In this document: one piece after another, positions 29,401 to 36,213 of the stretch | Layout: every line of letters starts with the position of its first letter | Position numbering within the stretch: position 1 is the first letter of the stretch | Virus record (IMG/VR): IMGVR_UViG_3300017598_001140 | Location: 1-64,000 of that record | DNA from: a virus | Length of the DNA stretch: 64,000 nucleotides | Strand: one strand, 5' to 3' | Notes under the pieces: model-generated | The model's input: only the letters and a program-made list of their open reading frames with translations | What the model was told of the DNA's origin: nothing | Database searches by the model: none | Program-made: the position numbers and the translations under genes

Positions 29401-30744
29401 TTGGCACCGGACGGAACCGGCGCAACCGAATGGGTTTCAAGCTTGCACGCTACCGCTCACCAAAATGGTGGAGCTGATGAAATAAGTGTGGCGGGTTTAA
29501 GCGGAGAACTTGCAGACAACCAGCCGCCAAAAACTCACGCTTCAAGTCACGAAAATACTGGTGGTGACGAGATAAGTGTGGCTGGATTGTCTGGTTTACT
29601 CGCAGACGATCAGAATCCAGTTTCTCATGCTTCAGATCATCAAAGTGGCGGCGGGGATGCGATCAAGCTAGATGACCTCGCCACACCAGACGACAATACA
29701 GATTTGGATGCTACAGTTTCGCTACATGGCCTGTTGCCGAAGTTAGGCGGCGGAACCACAAATTTTCTAAGAGCTGATGGAAGTTGGGCGGCCCCCAGTG
29801 GCGGCGGTTCTCACGCCAGTACGCACGAAAATGGCGGTGGTGACGAAATCAGTGTGGCTGGTTTGTCAGGTTTACTCGCTGACGATCAAAACCCTACTAC
29901 CCACGCAACAGATCATCAAAGTGGCGGTGGTGATTCAATCAAATTAGATGACCTTGCGGCCCCGGATGACAACACAGATCTGGACGCTTCAACCAGCTTA
30001 CATGGTCTGTTACCTAAACTCGGTGGAGGCACAACTAATTTTCTGAGAGCAGATGGTAGTTGGGCAGCTCCAAGTGGCGGCGGTTCTCATGCTTCAACCC
30101 ACGAAAATGGAGGCGGGGACGAAATCAGTGTGGCTGGTTTAAGTGGTGAATTGGCCGATGATCAACCGCCTAAAGATCACGCCTCGGCGCATCAAAGCGG
30201 CGGTGGAGATGCAATTAAACTAGACGATCTTTCTGCCCCGGATGACAACACTGATTTGAACGCTACAGTTTCGGCGCATGGTCTATTGGCGAAACTTGGC
30301 GGCGGGACTACAAATTTTTTAAGAGCAGACGGAACGTGGGCCGCGCCTGGCAGTGGACCTCCGACAATTATTCAAGGTTCGGAAGCGGCATTAGATACTT
30401 CGACAAGTGAAGAACCAACTTGGGAAAATGTGTATAGGTTTTCCCCTACATTGGAGATAGCAAAATATATATTATGGTTTAGCGGCGAGTACTCGGCGGA
30501 ATCGTCAACTGCATGGGGCGCAGCGCGTTTTCAAATTCAAAGTGATTCAAATGTACTTCAGCGGTTGGCGCACGAAATCGAGTCTGTTGCTAATGATGAA
30601 TGGTTCGCTTTGAGCGGGGTTTATTTTTTTAATAACGGATCTGCCAGGACGGTCAATTTTGATTTCGATCTTATGTCGGAAAATGCGTCAGATGAAGTGT
30701 ACCTTAAAAATAAAAATGTCGTTTTGATAAAGGTGGTGGAGTAA
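23437..30744 (+). CDS. Giant His-rich repeat fibre protein (head/neck fibre candidate) with a DUF2793-like domain
   Basis: 2435 aa; HxxxHxxGGxD repeats; NFLRADGTW fibre motifs; PP..GDRFII...FNGSTW..P.EGW segment. Confidence 0.75.
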   Translation: MSYHDEVPLGSVHQPCNWEYADAAARTGASGFVSGDIGKFARQLDDNSVWMLTAVTPTWGQINADNAPHASDHENGGADEINVAGLSGVLADDQNPAAHASDHENGGGDEVSVAGLSGLLADDQNPTSHGAAAHSGSIGSHSQITSVGEDDHHAKTHATTHENGGADEISVAGLSGLLADDQNPASHASEHENGGVDEISVAGLSGELADDQPPKDHGAAEHSGSIGTHSQITSVGEDDHHAKTHATTHQNGGADEINVAGLSGELADDQNPVAHASEHEDGGADEVNVAGLSGELADDQPPKDHGAAAHSGSIGTHSQITSVGEDDHHAKTHATTHQNGGADEISVAGLSGELADDQPPKNHASDHSDGGGDEITVEDLATSGGSGTVPISQGDGSLAMGAPTPTSHATTHQNGGADEISVAGLSGVLADDQNPTAHASEHENGGVDEMSVAGLSGELADDQPPKSHGAAEHSGSIGTHSQITSVGADDHHNQSHGASDHSGDIGAASQVTNDSSVSGAKVKEALETLETTITALENGRIHRDPVINIVDCTQAPPSEVSGDRFIIDNTIGTVHADYDGASKNDIVDFNGSTWDAFSPVEGWLAYVDSQNQDALFIDDGTPQWQLRPVAVTDHADLSNVTSDQHHAKDHAATHQNGGADEISVAGLSGLLADDQNPVSHASEHENGGGDEISVAGLNGLLADDQNPTSHGAAAHSGSIGTHSQITSVGEDDHHAKTHATTHQNGGADEISVAGLSGELADDQPPKNHAADHSDGGGDEVTVEDLATSGGSGTVPVSQGDGSLSMGAPAPATHATTHENGGADEVSVAGLSGLLADDQNPTAHASEHENGGVDEVSVAGLSGELADDQPPKAHGAAAHSGSIGTHSQITSVGEDDHHAKTHATTHENGGGDEISVAGLSGLLADDQNPTAHASDHQSGGGDSIKLDDLATPDDNTDLDATTGLHGLLPKLGGGTTNFLRADGTWSAPGGAPSAHASSHENGGGDEISVAGLSGELADDQPPKSHGAAAHSGSIGTHSQITSVGEDDHHAKTHATTHQNGGADEISVAGLSGLLADDQNPTSHASEHENTGGDEISVAGLSGLLADDQNPVSHASDHQSGGGDSIKLDDLATPDDNTDLDATTGLHGLLPKLGGGTTNFLRADGTWSAPPTLGGHASDHENGGADEISVAGLSGLLADDQNPTAHASEHENAGVDEISVAGLSGELADDQPPKSHGAAAHSGSIGTHSQITSVGEDDHHAKTHATTHQNGGADEISVAGLSGLLADDQNPASHASDHENGGGDEISVAGLSGELADDQPPKAHASAHSDGGGDEITVENLATSGGSGTVPVSQGDGSLAMGAPAPATHATAHENGGGDEISVAGLSGLLADDQNPTAHASEHENGGADEISVAGLSGELADDQPPKSHGAAAHSGSIGTHSQITSLGVDDHHAQLHAAAHQNGGGDEISVAGLSGLLADDQNPTSHASDHQSGGGDSIKLDDLATPDDNTDLDATTGLHGLLPKLGGGTTNFLRADGTWAAPGGGGSHASTHENGGGDEISVAGLSGLLADDQNPTAHSSDHEDGGADEINVAGLSGELADDQPPKDHAANHTDGTDDVQDGTNSQKGLVTAAQITLLERLETYQADVNKTGFLNYTDSVRSFVNGSMTFSIQPAVTSYEYYIDGVKYTKTGTDNVVIDDTEGLHYIYFDGATLKKTTTFSVDLVKIYAFVAVIYWDATNNVQIYFGDERHTPIMDWKTHMRLHFVVGGSISEGGGLGGILANDSGGDDEDAEFSIEATEFWDEDINISHGAKSSTANIGVYSRSGVDASKIWRVDETASFGVITTGTGRAAWNELTGGSWQQTEVSNNDFVLAHVFTYNDPDRKFGVFQGQNTYPTASQARAAAEDLTEINALITEGLPLPEWKFLGTLIYQTSNGYGNAVKSRIRSTSDGGDYVDLRGALISRTGTGVAGTLDIVNLTTSELGTAYWLAPDGTGATEWVSSLHATAHQNGGADEISVAGLSGELADNQPPKTHASSHENTGGDEISVAGLSGLLADDQNPVSHASDHQSGGGDAIKLDDLATPDDNTDLDATVSLHGLLPKLGGGTTNFLRADGSWAAPSGGGSHASTHENGGGDEISVAGLSGLLADDQNPTTHATDHQSGGGDSIKLDDLAAPDDNTDLDASTSLHGLLPKLGGGTTNFLRADGSWAAPSGGGSHASTHENGGGDEISVAGLSGELADDQPPKDHASAHQSGGGDAIKLDDLSAPDDNTDLNATVSAHGLLAKLGGGTTNFLRADGTWAAPGSGPPTIIQGSEAALDTSTSEEPTWENVYRFSPTLEIAKYILWFSGEYSAESSTAWGAARFQIQSDSNVLQRLAHEIESVANDEWFALSGVYFFNNGSARTVNFDFDLMSENASDEVYLKNKNVVLIKVVE
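23641..30350 (+). repeat. Intragenic modular repeats (about 90-nt unit plus three other module types)
   Basis: Hand count: about 31 DEISVAGLSG units, 9 HSGSIGTHSQ units, 3 GTVPxSQGDG units, 6 KLDDL...FLRADG units. Confidence 0.9.
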
Positions 30745-31304
30745 TGACCGGGCTTTACGAATATAAACCAGCAGACTATGGCAACCAAGAAATGCATCCT
30801 GCAATGGTTCGGGCGCAAATAAAAGCCAGCAAGATTCTAACAGAAGTAAAAAGCGTAAAGTGCAAGGAAGGCGTTCACATTATTGTCAAAACAGCAGATG
30901 AATTGAGCGCCGGGGACGAAACAATTTTGGATGAAATAATAGCGGCGTATGACGATGAAGATTATCAAAAATATTTCGTTGCAAAATTGATAAATAATGA
31001 GGAACTTCCATCGGATTATTTGGAAAAGCGCCTAACCGTTTCAAGCACAGCCAGCGGCCTTGTTATCACAACGACAATTGACGAATTGGACGTGGACGAC
31101 GAAACAACCGTTGAAGCCGATTCTAGTTTGGAAAAATCTGTTTTGATTTCTCTGTGCTATAATGGTGTGGACGGTTTTTACATTGCAGCGTTTGAAAAGA
31201 CAGACGGGCTTTATTCGCTTGAAGACGAGGAAGATAATTTGGCGCAAGATATTAGCGAGTGGACCGTTGAAGCAAACGGCGACACGTTGAGCGAGGTGGA
31301 ATAA
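30744..31304 (+). CDS. Acidic hypothetical protein (fibre-associated)
   Basis: TAATG overlap with the fibre gene. Confidence 0.65.
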   Translation: MTGLYEYKPADYGNQEMHPAMVRAQIKASKILTEVKSVKCKEGVHIIVKTADELSAGDETILDEIIAAYDDEDYQKYFVAKLINNEELPSDYLEKRLTVSSTASGLVITTTIDELDVDDETTVEADSSLEKSVLISLCYNGVDGFYIAAFEKTDGLYSLEDEEDNLAQDISEWTVEANGDTLSEVE

Positions 31305-31471
31305 TGGCAACGGTAAAAATACAAAACGAAGACAAAATCAAAGCCGTCAAAGCTCAAGCGGCGGCGGCAAAGAATGTTCCTCAAATGCGCGAGGCGATAG
31401 CTACTTTGATACAGGCCAACGAGGAGTTGGTGAAGAGGATTGAAAAACTAGAAAAACGAATTGGTCGTTAA
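31304..31471 (+). CDS. 55-aa coiled-coil protein (not in ORF track)
   Basis: TAATG overlap, GAGGTGG SD; MATVKIQNEDK...RIEKLEKRIGR. Confidence 0.65.
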   Translation: MATVKIQNEDKIKAVKAQAAAAKNVPQMREAIATLIQANEELVKRIEKLEKRIGR

Positions 31472-31494
31472 GCTTGATATAGGAAGCATGAAGG

Positions 31495-32043
31495 ATGCCA
31501 CCAAAAACAGATTCATCGCCACCAAAAGAAGTGTATCGATTGAAAGAAGTGCTGCGTGCAAAAGAAGAAGCGGCGCTCGAAAAAAGATTTTTTGATATAG
31601 AAAAAAATTTAAAGGAGGTACGCGAAATGGCAGAAGAACCGCACGGCTGTATTAGAGACGAAACTTTTCAGTTGATAAAGGACACTTTTGCCAGCGGCTC
31701 GGTTGAATTCGATACTATACACGCCAAATTGGACAAGGCGAGCAAGGTGAAATTTTGGTCTGTCGTGAGCGTATTGGCTGGCATTGTATTGGCCGCCCTT
31801 GCTGCGGTTTACACATACGCAAGAAACGAAACCAATTGGGAGCACACAACGGAGAGAGTTCAGAAAGTAGAAACTGCCACAGAGAACATTGATAAAAATG
31901 TGAACGGAATAACCGTGTCGTTTAAATTAATGGAACAATCGACAACGGCGATGAAAGAGAAGCTCGAAAGTGTTTCGCCTAAAAAGATAGAAGACGCTGT
32001 TTCTAAGGGAATAAAAAAAGCGTCAAGAAATAGAGGAAGGTAG
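31495..32043 (+). CDS. Single-TM coiled-coil membrane protein
   Basis: FWSVVSVLAGIVLAALAAVYTY hydrophobic segment. Confidence 0.65.
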   Translation: MPPKTDSSPPKEVYRLKEVLRAKEEAALEKRFFDIEKNLKEVREMAEEPHGCIRDETFQLIKDTFASGSVEFDTIHAKLDKASKVKFWSVVSVLAGIVLAALAAVYTYARNETNWEHTTERVQKVETATENIDKNVNGITVSFKLMEQSTTAMKEKLESVSPKKIEDAVSKGIKKASRNRGR

Positions 32044-32047
32044 AACT

Positions 32048-32350
32048 TTGGCTCTGTACAGTTCAGTGATAAAAAAAGTGAGCGGCGACGTTGACGGCGT
32101 GAATAAAATTTTCACTACTGATTCGGTTTTTGTTGCGGGAACTTTTAGACTGATAGTGAACGGTCAGGTTTACGAATCTGATGAGGACGAATACGGGTGG
32201 GTTGAAGTGGATTCCGAAACGATTGAAACAAACGAAGCTCCGCTGGCCGGAGACATAGTTCAGGCTTTTTATCAGGACGGCAGCGAATCGGCGAGCAGCG
32301 TGATTGGTGTCGTTGGAAGCCCGTTCGATCCGTCCGGAGCTTTACCGTAA
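32048..32350 (+). CDS. Small beta-rich structural protein
   Basis: GDVDGVNKIFT...VNGQ...APLAGD. Confidence 0.55.
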   Translation: MALYSSVIKKVSGDVDGVNKIFTTDSVFVAGTFRLIVNGQVYESDEDEYGWVEVDSETIETNEAPLAGDIVQAFYQDGSESASSVIGVVGSPFDPSGALP

Positions 32351-32387
32351 AAATAAAGGCTGAAAGCCGATAGAAAGAGAGAAGACA

Positions 32388-32798
32388 ATGGCCAAAATGA
32401 TTGTAGCAGTTCACAAAGCAAGTATCACGATGTTGAAGGGCGAGACATTGGACCAATTTACCAACGCGATTGGTGATGCTGGCCGCGAACATGTTTTTAA
32501 GAAGCTGAATTTGTCGCGAGACAGCGGCAGCGCTTGGATGGCCGAAACGTTCGGAGACAGCGTGGTTTTCAGAGCTTATAAAAAAGAAGGTCCGGCTTCG
32601 TACCACGCCTTCACTTATAAGCGTGATGAGAAAGGCGTGTTTGCTTTTGGCGACTTGGTAGAGGTCCAGAGGATGACTGTTTTCGAGCCGAAAGAAAGCT
32701 TGTCTGTGACCAAGGCAAAAGACGTGAACGAATTGTGCTTCAAGAAGTTCGGTGATTGGATTCAAATTTCAAAAAGTTTTTGGAACGGAGTGGTGTGA
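32388..32798 (+). CDS. Hypothetical protein with scaffold-like C-terminal tag
   Basis: Ends ISKSFWNGVV versus scaffold TEKSLWKGVI. Confidence 0.65.
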   Translation: MAKMIVAVHKASITMLKGETLDQFTNAIGDAGREHVFKKLNLSRDSGSAWMAETFGDSVVFRAYKKEGPASYHAFTYKRDEKGVFAFGDLVEVQRMTVFEPKESLSVTKAKDVNELCFKKFGDWIQISKSFWNGVV

Positions 32799-32799
32799 A

Positions 32800-33909
32800 A
32801 TGCCCGCGCTATCGAGAGGACAGGAAAACACGGAATCGATTGTCAATTGGTTCATAACGGTTAACGGTGTTTCGACGGATGCGTACGAGGTTGGTTTTCG
32901 GATTTTCGATATTGTCGGTGGAGTGCCAGGAACACAAATTTACCCCGTCACGCCAGGGGAATACGAGGACGTTACCAATGCGCCTGGTAAATTTGCGGTC
33001 GGTGCATACTACGCTTACAACAACGGAGACGGAAACGGTTGGACGCCGGAGCTGACGGCGCAGATTGGAACGCATCGAATTGAGTGGCGTTGGAAAATAA
33101 GCAGCGGGGCGCCATACCAAGCAGGTCAAGAAGATTTTGAGGTATTGGTTCAGTCCGGAGGTTCAAGCGTTGACACTTACATAACCGTTCAGGAAGTAAA
33201 AAACGCTGGTATTCCAGACGAAGGAAGCGGAGGGCCAACGGATCTTGAAATTTTGGCGCAGATTGAAGTGTGGCAGGCTTTTTTGGATAGGGCGTGTCGC
33301 CAGTGGTTCAATCCGAGGTCGGCTACTTTTAGCGTGGACGGCAACGATTCAAACTTCATGCCTTTTGGAGTGCCGATCATTTCGATAGAATATGTCAGGT
33401 TGAACGGTGCCGAAACGAATTTGAGCACGGATTTCTACAGGGTGTATTCTGCGAGACAATTGCCGGACGACAGAAGGAATCCGCGAATCAAATTGATTGA
33501 GCACCAGCACGACAGAAGGCGCGATATTTTTTCGATGACATATGACGGCAGGTTGGTGTTTAGAAGAGGGGTTCAAAACCAAGAGATCAAGGGCGTGTTT
33601 GGTTTCACTGAGTTGGACGGAAGCGTTCCGAAGCTCATCAAAAGAGCTTTGTTGAAGCTGGTCGTCGAAAAGCTTACCACGCCTATAGTTCCTGGCTCCG
33701 GTGGGTCTGGGATGCCGTCGCCGCCGCCGCTTGTGTCGGCTGTCATTGAAGAGTGGACGGACGGACACAAAAAGAAGTACGGCCAAATGACCACGCCGAA
33801 TAAATCTGGTATTAGCGGGATAACGGCGGATCAAGAAGTTCTGGACATCATAAAACTTTACAAAGCGCCGATTGGAATCGCAACCCCGGCGCATCCGAGT
33901 ATAGGATAA
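32800..33909 (+). CDS. Head-tail adaptor (neck) protein with N-terminal extension
   Basis: YITVQEVK...FLDRACRQWF...VFGF...VPKLIKRA pattern; position. Confidence 0.7.
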   Translation: MPALSRGQENTESIVNWFITVNGVSTDAYEVGFRIFDIVGGVPGTQIYPVTPGEYEDVTNAPGKFAVGAYYAYNNGDGNGWTPELTAQIGTHRIEWRWKISSGAPYQAGQEDFEVLVQSGGSSVDTYITVQEVKNAGIPDEGSGGPTDLEILAQIEVWQAFLDRACRQWFNPRSATFSVDGNDSNFMPFGVPIISIEYVRLNGAETNLSTDFYRVYSARQLPDDRRNPRIKLIEHQHDRRRDIFSMTYDGRLVFRRGVQNQEIKGVFGFTELDGSVPKLIKRALLKLVVEKLTTPIVPGSGGSGMPSPPPLVSAVIEEWTDGHKKKYGQMTTPNKSGISGITADQEVLDIIKLYKAPIGIATPAHPSIG

Positions 33910-34319
33910 TGCCAGTACCTAATCTTTTACATCCAGTACCGATACAGGTTCAGCAATTGGACACGTCGGAGACGTACCAAGACGACGACTACAGAGAGCC
34001 CGTCCAGCAGGCCGCTCACGGGGAAACAAAAACGGTCCAAGGGCAAGTCCTCTGGTCGATGAAAGAGGCGCTGTCGGTTCGCTTGGGTGGCGTGGAGATG
34101 CAGGCGACCGGATACGTTCTGTTTAGGTATGTTGATTTGAGCGATCAAAGCATTGTATTGGCCGTGAACGACAGGCTTATAAAATTAGGCACGCTTGAAG
34201 TGGATGTGTACGTGATAAAGCTGCAACCTATGGGCCATTACTCAGATGTAGGAGGTCCGACATTGGTTAGGGCGTATTTCGCTGATAGAGAACCAGCCCG
34301 GCAAAGATTGGATCTTTAA
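33909..34319 (+). CDS. Head closure/stopper protein
   Basis: Size, position, DDYREP motif. Confidence 0.55.
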   Translation: MPVPNLLHPVPIQVQQLDTSETYQDDDYREPVQQAAHGETKTVQGQVLWSMKEALSVRLGGVEMQATGYVLFRYVDLSDQSIVLAVNDRLIKLGTLEVDVYVIKLQPMGHYSDVGGPTLVRAYFADREPARQRLDL

Positions 34320-34963
34320 TGGCCGCGACGTTCAAAATAAAAGGCATGAAGGCGCTTCAATTTGCAACAAGTCCGGCGAAGATGACTCCGCTTGTAAAAA
34401 AGCATATCGAGAGAGCGAATCAGCTAAACGGAACGATTGCAGTTTCTGAAATACGCAGGGGAATAAACGCGGGCGGTTTTGAGAAAAACAAACCTTTGAC
34501 TGTGGCGATAAAAAAAGATGACAAGCCTCTTATTGGAAGGACTCAAGGGGGTGCCGGAGGTCAATTGTTTCAAGCGGTGACTTGGAAGCAGCTCAACAGG
34601 TCTACGATTTTTGTTGGTGTTCTGAAAGTCAGCAGGTTTTACAACATTGCATATTTTTTGCATGAAGGCGGTCAGATTGGTGTCACCGAAAGAATGAGGG
34701 CTTTGTTTTTTTACTTGTGGCTTGCGAGCATTGGTTCTTTGGAACCTAGCAAGTTGACGGGGCGCGCAAAAGCTTTGTGGAAAATGATGCCCGGAGATTG
34801 GAAGCCGTTGAAGCCCGGAACGAAAGCGATCACTGTTCCGAAAAGACCTTTTATCAGCAGGGTTTTTGGTTCGCGTACTTTTGTTGCTGGTGTTAAAAAA
34901 AATTGGGAGTTAGCTTTGGCCGCCGCTATTAAAGAAGGCAGCAAAAAAGGTGGCAAATCATGA
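34319..34963 (+). CDS. Neck/tail completion protein
   Basis: Basic; LHEGG...VPKRPFI motif. Confidence 0.65.
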   Translation: MAATFKIKGMKALQFATSPAKMTPLVKKHIERANQLNGTIAVSEIRRGINAGGFEKNKPLTVAIKKDDKPLIGRTQGGAGGQLFQAVTWKQLNRSTIFVGVLKVSRFYNIAYFLHEGGQIGVTERMRALFFYLWLASIGSLEPSKLTGRAKALWKMMPGDWKPLKPGTKAITVPKRPFISRVFGSRTFVAGVKKNWELALAAAIKEGSKKGGKS

Positions 34964-36204
34964 GAGTCAAAAGGCTGATAAAAAAGTTTGTGTTTATCGA
35001 AACCAACAGGCAGAGAATCACATTGGACAACGACGTTCGCTTGAACCCGACCGAAAACAGAGTGCAATTGAAATTGCAAAGCGGAGTTTATCCGGCGTCT
35101 GGAATTGTTAAAACGTGGGTGTCAAATCCTAGCTCGGTGAAACAGTGGGTTGGTTTCGAGGCGGTAGCGATACACCAGGAAGATTTTCTTGGCGCGGAAA
35201 TCACAAGTTTATCTTTTCGATTGGGGGACGGGGCGAACGAGTATTGGTGGAACGGAGCGACGTGGGAAATAAACGTTGTTGATTGGAATACAGAAGCAGA
35301 GATTTCGATGAACATAGGTACGTTTCCGGTAGCGGAAAAAAGTATCCAAGTCGTGACAAGATTGGAGACGACCGACGAAACAAAAACGCCGGAACTTTTA
35401 GAGGTTAAAATTCTTTTCGCTTCGGATATTGAGTTTCAAGAAGATTTGGTTGTCAGGTCTTTAATTCCCTTGCTCAGAGAGCAGATAAGACCAATAAGTG
35501 AATACCCGGCGAAGCTATTGGTGGAAACCGACACGGTTGATATGACCGATCCAGATGTGTCTGCTGATTTCCCATTGAAAACGCCTTACAATTTGGTTGG
35601 TGTCGATAGCGTTTTCAATCATACGGATGACCCGAAACATTTAGTCGATTTGCTTTCTTCCTTTGTTCCTTCAACTCGTGTTATCACTTTGTCTTCGGCC
35701 GTTGCTGTAGACAAGGTTTTGTGGATTAGATTTTTGTGGGAGCCAGAGGTGGCTTTATCCACTGGTCAGGAATACGACGAAGTTGAAAAAGTGCCTATGC
35801 TCCTATTGGCCGACGTGGACGGAACAAACGAGATGACATCGGCCACTTCTGATTCCGTAAAGAACAAAGCGGCTGGAACTGCGGTCAAGATTGGCTCTCC
35901 GAGACAGCGTGATTTAAACATCACATTGAGATTGCTAACGAACAAGCAAGCCGATTTGCAAAAGTTCGCAGATCAAGTGAGAGATTTTTTCGATAACAAT
36001 CCGCAAATTATTTCGGTCGGGCTTGATGAAAAGTACGGCTTTTTACAGGTTTCTGATTTCAATGGAAGCACAACTATAAACCAAAAAGAAATTTTTGGAG
36101 GAATGTTTGGCTGTAGAATACTTTCGGCGTTATTCTATACGAAGCCGGAACAAGATGTGTATCTTGTTCAAAATTTAGGATTGCAACTGAGCAAGCAAAC
36201 ATAG
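34960..36204 (+). CDS. Tail terminator-like structural protein
   Basis: Immediately before sheath; function from position only. Confidence 0.45.
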   Translation: MRVKRLIKKFVFIETNRQRITLDNDVRLNPTENRVQLKLQSGVYPASGIVKTWVSNPSSVKQWVGFEAVAIHQEDFLGAEITSLSFRLGDGANEYWWNGATWEINVVDWNTEAEISMNIGTFPVAEKSIQVVTRLETTDETKTPELLEVKILFASDIEFQEDLVVRSLIPLLREQIRPISEYPAKLLVETDTVDMTDPDVSADFPLKTPYNLVGVDSVFNHTDDPKHLVDLLSSFVPSTRVITLSSAVAVDKVLWIRFLWEPEVALSTGQEYDEVEKVPMLLLADVDGTNEMTSATSDSVKNKAAGTAVKIGSPRQRDLNITLRLLTNKQADLQKFADQVRDFFDNNPQIISVGLDEKYGFLQVSDFNGSTTINQKEIFGGMFGCRILSALFYTKPEQDVYLVQNLGLQLSKQT

Positions 36205-36213
36205 GAGGATAAA

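Noticed and set aside
23641-30350. Repeat array as CRISPR or ncRNA array
   Set aside because: Repeats are in-frame, vary mainly at synonymous positions, have no unique spacers, and no cas genes are present
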